From Candidatus Acidiferrales bacterium (GTDB lineage Bacteria; Chloroflexota; Dormibacteria; Aeolococcales; Aeolococcaceae), in NCBI GenBank assembly GCA_035534435.1, contig DATLRX010000033.1:88560-152559 (forward strand): 64,000 bases of DNA, given 5' to 3'. A model generated the notes under the pieces. That model saw only the letters and a list, made by a program, of their open reading frames with translations, did not search any database and was not told the origin of the DNA. The stretch's first letter is position 1. Every line of letters begins with the position of its first letter. Position numbers and translations under genes: made by a program. Below are positions 42,243 through 55,802 of this stretch, in pieces.

Positions 42243-43108
42243 GAATGCGACCGGCGTCCGAGCGTGCGCAGCGTCCCCACCCGTGACAGCGGGCGGAGCC
42301 TCCCGAGCCGACCCGGGCCGCCTTCCTTCTCGAGCAGTGTGACCAGCATCTCGTGCAACTTTCCCTGGTCGAGCCCGCGATACAGCTTGCCGTCATGGGC
42401 GACGCTGATCAGGCCGGTCTCCTCACTGACGATGAGCACGACGGCATCGCTCTGCATGCTGAGCCCGAGCGCCGCTCGATGCCGTGTCCCCATGCGTCCC
42501 ACCCCGGGCAGCGTCTCGGCAAGCGGGAGCACGCACCCGGCGGCCACGAGCCGGTTCTCGTGGATGATCACCGCGCCGTCGTGGAGCGGCGATCCCGGGA
42601 TGAAGATGGTGGCCAGCATCTCGGCGGTCACCTCGCCGTTGATGTGGACGCCCGTCGCAGAGAGGTTCTCGAGACCCGTCTCGCGTTCGAAGACGATGAG
42701 CGCGCCGACCTTGCGCTCGGCGAGGGAGCCGCCGGCACGCAGCACCTCATCGACGATCCGCGAGAACGCGAGCTCATTGTGCCGCCCGAGCACGTTGCGG
42801 ACGGTCCCGAGCCTGCCCACCTGGTCGAGCGCGCGGCGGAGCTCCGGCTGGAAGAGGACGATCGCCGCGATGACGATTGCCTGCGTGCCGTTGCTGAAGA
42901 TGAACTCGAGGAGCCTGAGGTGAAGCAGCTGCGCCGCCCATCCGACGACGAAGATGACGCCGAGCCCGAGGAGCAGCTGGACCGCCTGTGTGCCGCGGAT
43001 CAGCTTCAGCAGCTGGTAGAGCAGGAAGGCGACAACCAGGACGTCGATCCCGTCCCGCCAGCTGAGGCTCTGCAGGAAGAAGTGCGCGTTGCGAAGCAGG
43101 TCGCTCAT
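42239..43108 (-). CDS. cdaA: diadenylate cyclase CdaA (DacA)
   Basis: Three N-terminal TM helices, then a DAC domain with DGAVII and RHRAA motifs. ATG at 43108. Track extension trimmed. Confidence 0.85.
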   Translation of the reverse strand: MSDLLRNAHFFLQSLSWRDGIDVLVVAFLLYQLLKLIRGTQAVQLLLGLGVIFVVGWAAQLLHLRLLEFIFSNGTQAIVIAAIVLFQPELRRALDQVGRLGTVRNVLGRHNELAFSRIVDEVLRAGGSLAERKVGALIVFERETGLENLSATGVHINGEVTAEMLATIFIPGSPLHDGAVIIHENRLVAAGCVLPLAETLPGVGRMGTRHRAALGLSMQSDAVVLIVSEETGLISVAHDGKLYRGLDQGKLHEMLVTLLEKEGGPGRLGRLRPLSRVGTLRTLGRRSHS

Positions 43109-44058
43109 GCCGCGACGTCGCCCTCCTGGGCGTAGATGCGCGCGAGCAGCGCCTGCTGCACCCAGAGGCGATTCTCCGCCTGGGCGAACACGATCGAGTG
43201 CGGGCCGTCGATCACCGCGTCGGTGATCTCCTCGCCACGGTGCGCGGGCAGGCAGTGCATCACCCTGACCCCGGCCGGCGCCAACGCCACGAGCGCGTCG
43301 TTCACCTGCAGGCTCGCGAAGTCCTCGCGGCGTTGCTGCTGCTCGGTTTCCTGACCCATGCTCGTCCACACGTCCGTATAGATGATGTCGGCGTCGCGGA
43401 GCGCCGGCGCCGCCTCGTGCTTGATGTCGAAGACCGTTGCAGCGTCGCGCAGGCCCTCTGCCCGCCGGAGCACGGCGTCGGGCGGCTCGTAGCCGGGTGG
43501 GCAGATCACGCGCAGATGCACCCCGAGAAGCGCGGCGGCGTAGATCCACGAGGTGCAGACGTTGTTGCCGTCCCCGATGTACGCCACGGTCGCGCCTTCG
43601 AGACGGCCCGTCGTCTCGCGCACGGTCATGCAGTCCGCGAGCGCCTGGCAGGGGTGCTCGGAGTCGGTGAGCGCGTTGATCACCGGGGACGCGGCCGCCG
43701 CGGCGATGGTGACGAGGTCGCGGTGGGAGACGAGCCGCGCGACGATGCCGTCGGCGTACCCGTCGAGGATGCGGCTGATGTCACCGGCCGATTCGCGCTC
43801 CCCGAGCTGGACCTCGGGGTTGAAGAGTGCGATCGGATGACCGCCGAGGCGATTGATCGCAACCTCGAAGGACACTCGCGTGCGGTTGCTGGGACGCTGG
43901 AAGATGAGCGCCAGGGAGCGGCCCGCGAGCGGGCGGCCGAGATCGCGCCCCGCCTTGGCGGCATCGGCCAGGTCGAGGGTCGCGATGATCTCGTCGGTGC
44001 TGAGGTCCGCGATGCTCAGGAGATCGCGGCCGGCGAGCGAATGGTGCATCCGCCTCAT
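43105..44058 (-). CDS. argF: ornithine carbamoyltransferase
   Basis: SNRTR (STRTR variant), HPCQ, HCLP motifs. Start at the internal Met (approximate). Confidence 0.85.
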   Translation of the reverse strand: MRRMHHSLAGRDLLSIADLSTDEIIATLDLADAAKAGRDLGRPLAGRSLALIFQRPSNRTRVSFEVAINRLGGHPIALFNPEVQLGERESAGDISRILDGYADGIVARLVSHRDLVTIAAAAASPVINALTDSEHPCQALADCMTVRETTGRLEGATVAYIGDGNNVCTSWIYAAALLGVHLRVICPPGYEPPDAVLRRAEGLRDAATVFDIKHEAAPALRDADIIYTDVWTSMGQETEQQQRREDFASLQVNDALVALAPAGVRVMHCLPAHRGEEITDAVIDGPHSIVFAQAENRLWVQQALLARIYAQEGDVAA

Positions 44059-44116
44059 ATGGTTGCACCGGAGCGTCGATAGCGCGCCCCGCGACCAAAC
44101 CGGCGCAGAGACCCGC

Positions 44117-45145
44117 ATGCGCTATACCGTGCGGCGCGTGGATATTGCGGTCGTCGTCAACGGCGGGGTGGCCGAGACCCTCCAGTCGACTCCCCTGCTT
44201 CGCACGCTGCGCGCCGGGTTTCCCACGGCGCGGATCGCGCTGGTCTGTCCTTCGACCGCGGTGGACGTCGCCGACGGGATCCCACCCGTCGATCGCGTGA
44301 TCCCTCTGGCACAGCTTCGCGGCAGCCGGTCCGGAGGCGTCCACCTCTGGCTCACCCTGCGAGGCCTTCGCCTCGACGCGGTCTTCCTGTGCACGTCAGG
44401 TGCGATCCCCGCCGTCTCCGCATACTTCGCCGGGATCGCTGAACGCAGCGGCGTCGGCGGTGGTGCCCGCAGCCTCCTGCTGACGGGCAGGGTCCAGCCC
44501 GGACGCTCCGAGAATCGCGCGCAGACATGGCTGCGGCTTGCCCACGTCGCCGGCGTCCACCAGGAGCTGCACAGTCCGGTCTTCGAGCCCGGCCCGGACG
44601 CTCGGCGCCGGGCCGAGCAGGTCCTTCACGGGAGCGGACTCGCCGACGGACGGCTGCTCGTGGCCATCGCGCCCGGCACGGGCTACGCGGAACCTCGGCA
44701 CGCGACCGCCGCGTCGACCGCCTGGGACCCCGAGCGCTGGGCGCATCTCGCCAACCTGCTCGCCCAGCGCCATGGCGCCGGGATCCTGCTCGTCGGGTCG
44801 CCGTTGGATCGATACGCCGCCGAGCGGACCAAGATGGACCTTCGCGCGGATGCAACCGATCTGGTCGGCGAGATCGACCTCGCGACGCTCGCCGGGGTCA
44901 TCGCCCGCTGCGACCTGCTCGTGGGCACCGACACCCCCCTTCTCCAGCTGGCCGCTGCCATGGGCACGTCGACCGTGGGTCTGTTCGGCCCGACCGACGG
45001 GGCGCGCGGAGGCGCATATGGCCACGCGCATCGAGTCGTGCAGGCACTGGCCCCGCCGCGCTACGAGAACATGCCGCCTGAGCGGGCGAGCATGGATCAG
45101 ATCCGCGTCGACGACGTCCTCGCCGGGATCGAGGCGACCCTCTAG
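44117..45145 (+). CDS. glycosyltransferase family 9 (heptosyltransferase-like)
   Basis: ATG at 44117. GT-B fold with the C-terminal GT9 signature (LVGTDTPLLQLAAAMGTSTVGLFGPTD). Divergent from argF. Confidence 0.7.
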   Translation: MRYTVRRVDIAVVVNGGVAETLQSTPLLRTLRAGFPTARIALVCPSTAVDVADGIPPVDRVIPLAQLRGSRSGGVHLWLTLRGLRLDAVFLCTSGAIPAVSAYFAGIAERSGVGGGARSLLLTGRVQPGRSENRAQTWLRLAHVAGVHQELHSPVFEPGPDARRRAEQVLHGSGLADGRLLVAIAPGTGYAEPRHATAASTAWDPERWAHLANLLAQRHGAGILLVGSPLDRYAAERTKMDLRADATDLVGEIDLATLAGVIARCDLLVGTDTPLLQLAAAMGTSTVGLFGPTDGARGGAYGHAHRVVQALAPPRYENMPPERASMDQIRVDDVLAGIEATL

Positions 45146-45149
45146 CCCG

Positions 45150-46148
45150 TCACCGGATGTACATGAGGGCGCGCTTGAGCACGTCGAGGTTGTCGAGCGC
45201 GTAGCCCGTCCCGCGCACGGCACAGAGATGCGGCTGCGTGTCGCGATGGACCTCGATGCCCGTGGCGGTCGCGATCGCGGTGTCGAGCCCCTCGAGCCTG
45301 GCGCCACCACCGCAGAGCACGATCCCCTCGCGCTTGATGTCGGCGATGAGGCGGGTGGGCGTGTCGGCGAGCACCGCGTCCACCGCGGAGAGGATCGGAC
45401 CCACGTGACGCTCCAGGCAGGGCGCCAGCTCGGTCGAGGTGATGGTGATCGTGACGTCCCCCGCATCCGTGCGTCCGGCGACATCGAGGCGGCGCTCCTC
45501 ATGGGGGCCGACACGGGCAAGCGACGCGATCAGCTCCTCGATGGTGCCTGCGTCAAGGACGGCGCCGTGCGAGGCGCGGAGCTGATCGTCGACGCAGGCA
45601 TGGAGGCGATCTCCGCCGTGCCCGGCAAGCGAGCGCACGCTCACCGTGCCCTCAAGAGCAAGGGCGGCGATGTCCGTCTTGCCGGCGCCGATGTCGATGA
45701 CGAGATGACCGTTGGGACCGCTGAGCCGGACTCCCGCCCCCATCGCCGAGGCCAGTGGCGCGTCGAGCAGGTAGACGGTGCGCGCGCCCGCCAGAGCGGC
45801 GGCCTCGAGCAGCCCGCGGCGCTGCGAACCGGCGAGCGACGACATGACCGCGATGACGACATCTGGTTTGAAGATCCGCTGCCGGCCCGCGGCCCGGATC
45901 ATCGCGTGGTTGATCAGCCAGCGGGCGGCGGTCGGATCGACGATGCTCCCGCCGGCGATGGGCCGGCGCAGATGGAGCTCGGGATCGTCCGCCGCAGCCT
46001 GGAGGGCGGCAGCGCCGAAGACGGCGGCGTGCATCTCGCCGCCACGAATCGCGACGGCCGTCGGCTCGCCGCCGATCATGCCCTCGCCCTTGACGATGAT
46101 CCGAGTGGTTGTGGTCCCGAGGTCGATGCCGACCTTCTTCCCCAGCAC
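45150..46148 (-). CDS. mreB: rod-shape-determining actin homolog MreB
   Basis: GIDLGTTTT phosphate-1 motif. Actin-fold connect and adenosine motifs. 332 aa. Confidence 0.8.
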   Translation of the reverse strand: MLGKKVGIDLGTTTTRIIVKGEGMIGGEPTAVAIRGGEMHAAVFGAAALQAAADDPELHLRRPIAGGSIVDPTAARWLINHAMIRAAGRQRIFKPDVVIAVMSSLAGSQRRGLLEAAALAGARTVYLLDAPLASAMGAGVRLSGPNGHLVIDIGAGKTDIAALALEGTVSVRSLAGHGGDRLHACVDDQLRASHGAVLDAGTIEELIASLARVGPHEERRLDVAGRTDAGDVTITITSTELAPCLERHVGPILSAVDAVLADTPTRLIADIKREGIVLCGGGARLEGLDTAIATATGIEVHRDTQPHLCAVRGTGYALDNLDVLKRALMYIR

Positions 46149-46163
46149 TGCTCGCCTGACGCC

Positions 46164-47468
46164 TCAGTCGCCGATGACACCGGTGAGGTCGCGCACCTCA
46201 GTGCCCGGTTCGTCGGTGGTGACCCGCTCGATGTCGGCGCCGATCCCCGTCAGCTTGACCACAAGATCGTCGTAGCCACGCTCGAGATGGAAGACGCTGT
46301 CGAGCTCGGTGACCCCCTCGGCGCACATGCCCGCGATGACGAGTGCGGCCCCGGTGCGGATGTCGGGGATGCTCATGCGGGTCCCGCGCAGGCGCGACGG
46401 CCCGGTGATGATGGCGCTGCGGCCGTGGACCTCGATCTGAGCGCCCATCTGCTGGAGCGCGGGAACATGGCGAAAGCGGTTCTCGTACAACGCTTCGCTG
46501 ATGATGCTCACGCCGGTCGCCTGCGTCATGAGCGCGCAGAACTGCGGCTGCATGTCGGTGGCGAAACCAGGATGGGTCCACGTCGTCACGTCGACGCTGC
46601 GCAGATGCGAGCAGCTGACGCGGACGTGGTTCGCGCCCTCGACGATATCGCATCCCGCGGAGCGCAGCTTGCTGAACAGCCAGCGCAGGTCGCTCGGACG
46701 CATCTGCTCGACGATGACATCACCATATGTCGCGGCGGCGGCGATCATGTAGGTGCCCGCCTCGATGTAATCGGCGGTCACGTTGTGCGTCGTCCCGTGG
46801 AGCAGGCCGCCGCTGCCCTCGATGACGATCAGCTCGGTCCCGACACCGGAGATGTGCGCGCCCATCCCGATGAGGCATCGAGCGAGGTCGTACACATGCG
46901 GCTCGCGGGCGGCGTTGCTGATCACCGTGATCCCCTCCGCGAGGACGGCGGCCATCATCAGGTTCTCGGTGCCGGTGACGGTCGGCATGTCGAGCGCGAT
47001 GCGCGCTCCGTGCAACCGCCGCGCCCGCGCGAAGTACGCGCCGTCGCGCTCCTCCACCTCAGCGCCCATGAGACGGAGTCCCTCGAGATGCTGCTCGACG
47101 CGGCGCATCCCGATGTCATCCCCTCCGGGCTTCGCGATGCTGGCCTCTCCCGCGCGGCCGACGAGGGCGCCCAGGAGCAGGAAGGACCCCCGCATCCTGC
47201 GGCTGAGGTCGGCGTCGACCTCGGTGCGCGCCAGCGCCGCCGCATGCAGGCGCCAGGTGTGGAGGTCCGGGTGCTCGACGACCACACCGACGTGCTCGAG
47301 CATGCGGGCCATCGTCGAGATGTCCTCGATGTCCGGCACATTGCGGAGCTCGACGGGCTGGTCGGTGAGCAGGGCCGCGGCCATGACCGGGAGGGCGGCG
47401 TTCTTGCTCCCGGAGATCGCGACCGCGCCCTCGAGCCGCCGCCCGCCACGGATGCGGAGGAGTTCCAT
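46164..47468 (-). CDS. murA: UDP-N-acetylglucosamine 1-carboxyvinyltransferase
   Basis: MELLRIRGGRRLEGAVAISGSKNAALP N-terminus, active-site Cys loop region. 434 aa. Confidence 0.9.
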   Translation of the reverse strand: MELLRIRGGRRLEGAVAISGSKNAALPVMAAALLTDQPVELRNVPDIEDISTMARMLEHVGVVVEHPDLHTWRLHAAALARTEVDADLSRRMRGSFLLLGALVGRAGEASIAKPGGDDIGMRRVEQHLEGLRLMGAEVEERDGAYFARARRLHGARIALDMPTVTGTENLMMAAVLAEGITVISNAAREPHVYDLARCLIGMGAHISGVGTELIVIEGSGGLLHGTTHNVTADYIEAGTYMIAAAATYGDVIVEQMRPSDLRWLFSKLRSAGCDIVEGANHVRVSCSHLRSVDVTTWTHPGFATDMQPQFCALMTQATGVSIISEALYENRFRHVPALQQMGAQIEVHGRSAIITGPSRLRGTRMSIPDIRTGAALVIAGMCAEGVTELDSVFHLERGYDDLVVKLTGIGADIERVTTDEPGTEVRDLTGVIGD

Positions 47469-47557
47469 CTCCGCTTACCGTACTCGACGGCGGCGACTGA
47501 CCGGGTAGATTACGCTCAGGGTTCCAGCAGGATCGCCGCATCGCATCGGGAGAGACC

Positions 47558-48634
47558 ATGGCAACCGCAACGATTCCTTCCGTCGACACCGTCGAGCAGC
47601 TCCTCGGCGCTGAGACCGCATCGCTCCTCGAGCATCGCTGCGAGACGGTCGACAAGTCGATGCTGCACCTGCCCGGCCCCGACTTCTTCGATCGCACCTG
47701 GCTCGGGACCGACCGCTCGGCCCAGGTTCTGCGCAACCTCAACTCGATCTACAGCCACGGACGGCTCGCCCACACCGGCTACGTCTCGATCCTGCCGGTC
47801 GACCAGGGAATCGAGCACTCGGCCGGTGCGTCGTTCGCGCCGAACCCCGAGTACTTCGATCCCGAGAAGATCGTCGAGCTCGCGGTGGAGGGCGGGTGCA
47901 ACGCGGTGGCGTCGACCTTCGGCGTGCTCGGCGCGGTATCGCGCAAGTGGGCTCACAAGATCCCGTTCATCGTGAAGATCAACCACAACGAGCTGCTCAC
48001 GTATCCGAACGGGGCCGACCAGATCCTCTTCGGCACGGTCAAAGAGGCGTGGAACGTCGGGGCGGTCGCGGTGGGCGCGACGATCTACTTCGGATCGGCC
48101 GGCGCGGACCGGCAGATCCAGGAGATCTCGCGCGCGTTCGCCGAGGCGCACTCACTCGGCATGGCGACGGTCCTCTGGTGCTACCTCCGCAACTCGGCCT
48201 TCAAGAAGGATGGTGTCGACTATGCGGTGGCCGCGGATCTCACCGGGCAGGCGAACCACCTCGGCGTGACGATCGAGGCGGACATCATCAAGCAGAAGCT
48301 GCCGACGACCAACGGTGGATTCGTGGCGCTCAGCTTCGGCAAGACCGCCGAGGCGGTGTACACGAAGCTGACATCGGATCATCCGATCGATCTCTGCCGG
48401 TACCAGGTGCTCAACTGCTACGCGGGGCGCGTCGGCCTCATCAACTCCGGTGGCGAGTCGATCGGCGCCGGCGACCTCGCCGCGGCGGTGCGTACCGCGG
48501 TCATCAACAAGCGAGCCGGCGGCACCGGGTTGATCAGCGGTCGCAAGGCATTTCAGAAGCCGATGCGTGACGGTGTGCACCTTCTGCATTCGATTCAGGA
48601 CGTGTACCTGAACGACGCCATCACCATCGCGTAG
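47558..48634 (+). CDS. fbaB: class I fructose-bisphosphate aldolase (DhnA/FbaB type)
   Basis: 358 aa. Overall similarity to the E. coli FbaB/archaeal class I aldolase family (Schiff-base Lys region IKINHNE..., SILPVDQG). Confidence 0.75.
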   Translation: MATATIPSVDTVEQLLGAETASLLEHRCETVDKSMLHLPGPDFFDRTWLGTDRSAQVLRNLNSIYSHGRLAHTGYVSILPVDQGIEHSAGASFAPNPEYFDPEKIVELAVEGGCNAVASTFGVLGAVSRKWAHKIPFIVKINHNELLTYPNGADQILFGTVKEAWNVGAVAVGATIYFGSAGADRQIQEISRAFAEAHSLGMATVLWCYLRNSAFKKDGVDYAVAADLTGQANHLGVTIEADIIKQKLPTTNGGFVALSFGKTAEAVYTKLTSDHPIDLCRYQVLNCYAGRVGLINSGGESIGAGDLAAAVRTAVINKRAGGTGLISGRKAFQKPMRDGVHLLHSIQDVYLNDAITIA

Positions 48635-48657
48635 GCGCCACCGCACTCTCGACCCGC

Positions 48658-49158
48658 ATGGACTACGACGAGATCCCTCGCAACGACGATGAGCGCGTCA
48701 CGCTCCTGGCCTTTCTCGACTGGCAGCGCGGCACGCTCGCGCGCAAGTGCTCGGGCCTCAGCGATGAGCAGATGCGCCGGGCATCGGCGCCGCCCTCGAA
48801 CCTGACGCTGGTCGGCCTGCTCCGGCACATGACGGACGTCGAGCGGGGCTGGTTCCGGCGCACGCTCGCCGGGGAGGACATCGGGGACCGCTACTCGTCA
48901 GACGACGACCCCGACGGTGACTTCGACAACGTCGCGACCGCCGACGTCCAGGAGGCGTTTGCCGGCTGGCGGGAGGAGTGCGGCCTCGCGGACGAGATCA
49001 TGTCCCGGCGCGCCCTCGAGGCGACCGGCCGCCAGCGCTCGGGACGCGAGGTCTCGATGCGATGGATCCTCAACCACATGATCGAGGAGTACTCGCGGCA
49101 CAACGGGCACGCCGACCTCATCCGCCAGGCCGTCGACGGCGCGACCGGCTACGACTGA
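48658..49158 (+). CDS. DinB/DUF664-family protein (mycothiol-dependent-isomerase-like fold)
   Basis: 166 aa. Four-helix-bundle pattern with conserved His (LLRHMTDVERGW, HMIEEYSRHNGHADL). Confidence 0.55.
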   Translation: MDYDEIPRNDDERVTLLAFLDWQRGTLARKCSGLSDEQMRRASAPPSNLTLVGLLRHMTDVERGWFRRTLAGEDIGDRYSSDDDPDGDFDNVATADVQEAFAGWREECGLADEIMSRRALEATGRQRSGREVSMRWILNHMIEEYSRHNGHADLIRQAVDGATGYD

Positions 49159-49159
49159 C

Positions 49160-50371
49160 TCACGCCCTGCCTTCCTCTCGTTTCAACTCCTCGCGGCCGA
49201 TGATCGACAGGTGCACCTCGTCGGGTCCGTCCATGAATCGCGCTGACCGCGCGTAGGCGAACATCTGCGTCAGGGGCAGGTCCTGCGAGACGCCGGCACC
49301 GCCGTGGACCTGGATGGCACGGTCGATCACGGCCTGCGCGACGTTCGGCGCGACGACCTTGATGGCGGAGATCTCGAATCGGGCGCCGAGACTCCCCTTC
49401 GTGTCGAGCAACCACGCGGCCTTCTGGCACAGCAGCCGCGCCTGCTCGATCTCGATCCGTGACCTCGCGATCTGCTCACGGACAACCCCTTGCTCCGCAA
49501 GGCGTTTCCCGAATGCCGTCCTCGACTTCGCCCGCTCGCACATGAGCGAGAGCGCGCGCTCCGCGGCCCCGATGAGGCGCATGCAGTGATGCAGACGCCC
49601 CGGGCCGAGACGGGCCTGGGCGATCATGAACGCGGTGCCCTCGTCGCCGATACGATTGCTCTTGGGGACGCGAACGTTCTCGAGCAGGACCTCACAGTGG
49701 CTTCCGGGATCGTCGAAGCCGTACACCTTCAGCTGACGGACGATCGTCACCCCGGGCGCGTCCATGGGGACGAGCACCATGGTGTGACGGGAGTGGCGTT
49801 CCGCGTCGGGATGAGTCATGCCGATGAGGAGGATGACCTTCGCGTTCGGGTGCGCGGCGCCGCTCGTGAACCACTTACGGCCATTGATGACATAATCATC
49901 GCCGTTGCCGTCGATGCGCGTGGCGAGCTGCGTGGGATCGGAGCTGGCCACCGCCGGCTCGGTCATGCCGATGCACGAGCGGATCTCCCCGGCGAGCAGC
50001 GGCTTGAGCCAGGCCTCCTGCTGCTCGGGGGTGCCGAACTGCGCGAGCACCTCCATGTTGCCGGTGTCCGGCGCGGAGCAGTTCATCGTCTCGGACGCGA
50101 TCGAGCTCCACCCCATGATCTCGGCGAGCGCGCCGTACTCGAGGTTCGTGAGACCGGGTCCGAATCGCTTGTCCGGAAGGAAGAGGTTCCAGAGGCCGCG
50201 TCTGCGTGCCTCGGTCTTCAACTCCTCCATGACGGGCGAGATGCGCTGCGGGATCGTCTCGGCCGAGAAGCCGCGCCAGTACTCGTCCTCGGCGGGACGG
50301 ACACACTCGTCCATGAAGCGCCAGACCTTCTCACTCAGCTCGCGGACCCGATGCGTCTCCTCGAACTCCAT
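49160..50371 (-). CDS. acyl-CoA dehydrogenase
   Basis: ACAD N/middle/C domains. The catalytic Glu region near the C-terminus is not positionally verified. ATG overlapping the stop of the upstream kinase-like gene. Confidence 0.8.
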   Translation of the reverse strand: MEFEETHRVRELSEKVWRFMDECVRPAEDEYWRGFSAETIPQRISPVMEELKTEARRRGLWNLFLPDKRFGPGLTNLEYGALAEIMGWSSIASETMNCSAPDTGNMEVLAQFGTPEQQEAWLKPLLAGEIRSCIGMTEPAVASSDPTQLATRIDGNGDDYVINGRKWFTSGAAHPNAKVILLIGMTHPDAERHSRHTMVLVPMDAPGVTIVRQLKVYGFDDPGSHCEVLLENVRVPKSNRIGDEGTAFMIAQARLGPGRLHHCMRLIGAAERALSLMCERAKSRTAFGKRLAEQGVVREQIARSRIEIEQARLLCQKAAWLLDTKGSLGARFEISAIKVVAPNVAQAVIDRAIQVHGGAGVSQDLPLTQMFAYARSARFMDGPDEVHLSIIGREELKREEGRA

Positions 50372-50373
50372 CG

Positions 50374-51426
50374 TCAGCCTCCTCCGGACGAACCCAGCCG
50401 ATCCAGCGCGTCGAGGCCGCCCTCGACGATTGCGGGCACCATCTCCCCCATCCGCTCGAATCCCTCGCCGACGGTCATGCCCATCAGGAATCGCGCCGTG
50501 ATCCCCTCGGCGATGATCGCCAGCTTGTACGCGCCGAGCGCGATGTACCACTCGAGCGCCGACATGTCGCGTTGCGTGCCGGCAGCGTAGTCTCGCAGGA
50601 TGTCGGCGCGCTTGTAGAAGCCGTCCTGCACGGTCACGGGCATGCCGTGGAGCGCTCGCCCGGCCGCCTCGGTCTCGTCATCGGACCAGTACACGCAGAG
50701 CAGGCCGACGTCGCACAGCGGATCACCGATCGTGCACATCTCCCAGTCGATCACCGCGACGATGCGGCCGGGATCGGTCGGCGCGTACATGACGTTGTCG
50801 AGGCGGTAGTCACCGTGCACGATGCCGGGCGCGGATTGCACCGGCACCGTCTCGTCGAGCCGGCGGTGCAACTCCTCGATGCAGGGGAGCTCGCGCGTCT
50901 TCGACGCCTCCCATTGCTGCCACCAGCGCCGCACCTGGCGTCCGAGGAACCCTTCCGGGTGGCCGAAACCGGCGAGTCCAATCGCGTCGGGGTCGATGGC
51001 GTGCAGGTGGAGCAGCGTGCTGACGAGTGCCGAGGACATCGCCTGCCGGGTCTCGCGAGTGTCGGGGAATCCCGCGGGAAGGGCATCGCGAACGACGTGG
51101 CCGTCGATCCATTCCATGACGTAGAAGGGAGCGCCGATCACCGACTCGTCCTCGCAGAGTGCGATGACGTGCGGGACAGGGATCCCCGTGTCCTGCAGCG
51201 CGGCCAGCACGCGATACTCGCGAGCCATGTCGTGGGCGGTGGGCAGCACATGCGCGAGCGGTGGGCGGCGCACCACGAACCGGCGCACGCCGTCGTCCAC
51301 GATGTAGGTGAGGTTCGACCGGCCTCCCGGGATCACCTCGGCGCGCAACGACCCCACGGGCCCCCCCACGCGGGGCGTCAGATAACGCGCGAGCGAGTCG
51401 AGATCAAGCCCGGGAGGCGACGTCAC
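50374..51426 (-). CDS. aminoglycoside-phosphotransferase-like (APH/ChoK-fold) kinase
   Basis: Brenner motif HGDYRLDNVMY and DWE. Commonly paired with an ACAD. Confidence 0.75.
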   Translation of the reverse strand: MTSPPGLDLDSLARYLTPRVGGPVGSLRAEVIPGGRSNLTYIVDDGVRRFVVRRPPLAHVLPTAHDMAREYRVLAALQDTGIPVPHVIALCEDESVIGAPFYVMEWIDGHVVRDALPAGFPDTRETRQAMSSALVSTLLHLHAIDPDAIGLAGFGHPEGFLGRQVRRWWQQWEASKTRELPCIEELHRRLDETVPVQSAPGIVHGDYRLDNVMYAPTDPGRIVAVIDWEMCTIGDPLCDVGLLCVYWSDDETEAAGRALHGMPVTVQDGFYKRADILRDYAAGTQRDMSALEWYIALGAYKLAIIAEGITARFLMGMTVGEGFERMGEMVPAIVEGGLDALDRLGSSGGG

Positions 51427-51848
51427 TGCGCCGGCGGGTGCCCGCCGTGGCGCCGGCGCCGGATCTCCGCGACGCGGAGTCGCAGCGTGGCGCGCTCGAG
51501 CGCCAGGACGGCCTCCTCATCGGCCTCGTTCAGGGTGAGCAGCTCCTGCGCACGCTTCCGCGCCTCCTCCGCGCGCGCCTCGTCGATCTCCTCGGCACGC
51601 TCGGCGGCGTCGGCAAGGATGGTGACCTTCTCCGGCAGGACCTCGAGGAAGCCTCCGACGACCGCGAGCACGTGCTCGGCGTCGTCGTTGCGGATGGTCA
51701 CCACGCCGGTGCGCAGCGGCGTGAGCAAGGCGATATGGTGCGGCAGGACCCCGAGGTCGCCCTCCACGCCCGGCGCGAGCACGAAGTCAGCCTCCTCGCT
51801 GAACACGCGACCTTCCGGCGTGACGAGCTCGACCTGGAGCTTGGCCAT
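51423..51848 (-). CDS. atpC: F0F1 ATP synthase epsilon subunit
   Basis: MAKLQVELVTPEG... beta-sandwich plus helical hairpin. Last gene of the atp operon. Confidence 0.9.
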   Translation of the reverse strand: MAKLQVELVTPEGRVFSEEADFVLAPGVEGDLGVLPHHIALLTPLRTGVVTIRNDDAEHVLAVVGGFLEVLPEKVTILADAAERAEEIDEARAEEARKRAQELLTLNEADEEAVLALERATLRLRVAEIRRRRHGGHPPAQ

Positions 51849-51853
51849 CCCGA

Positions 51854-54203
<2,350 letters not shown>

Positions 54204-54256
54204 GCGGCGTCAGCCTCGGCCGGTGCGCAGCATGGCGCCGATGAGGATGCGCATCG

Positions 54257-55780
<1,524 letters not shown>

Positions 55781-55802
55781 CAGCTAGTCATTCCTCTCTC
55801 GA

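Noticed and set aside
44538-47975. 1145-aa plus-strand ORF, the longest in the window
   Set aside because: It runs antisense to the well-supported mreB and murA genes. Its composition is Arg/Ala/Gly/Asp-rich with no motifs. This is a typical high-GC antisense open frame.
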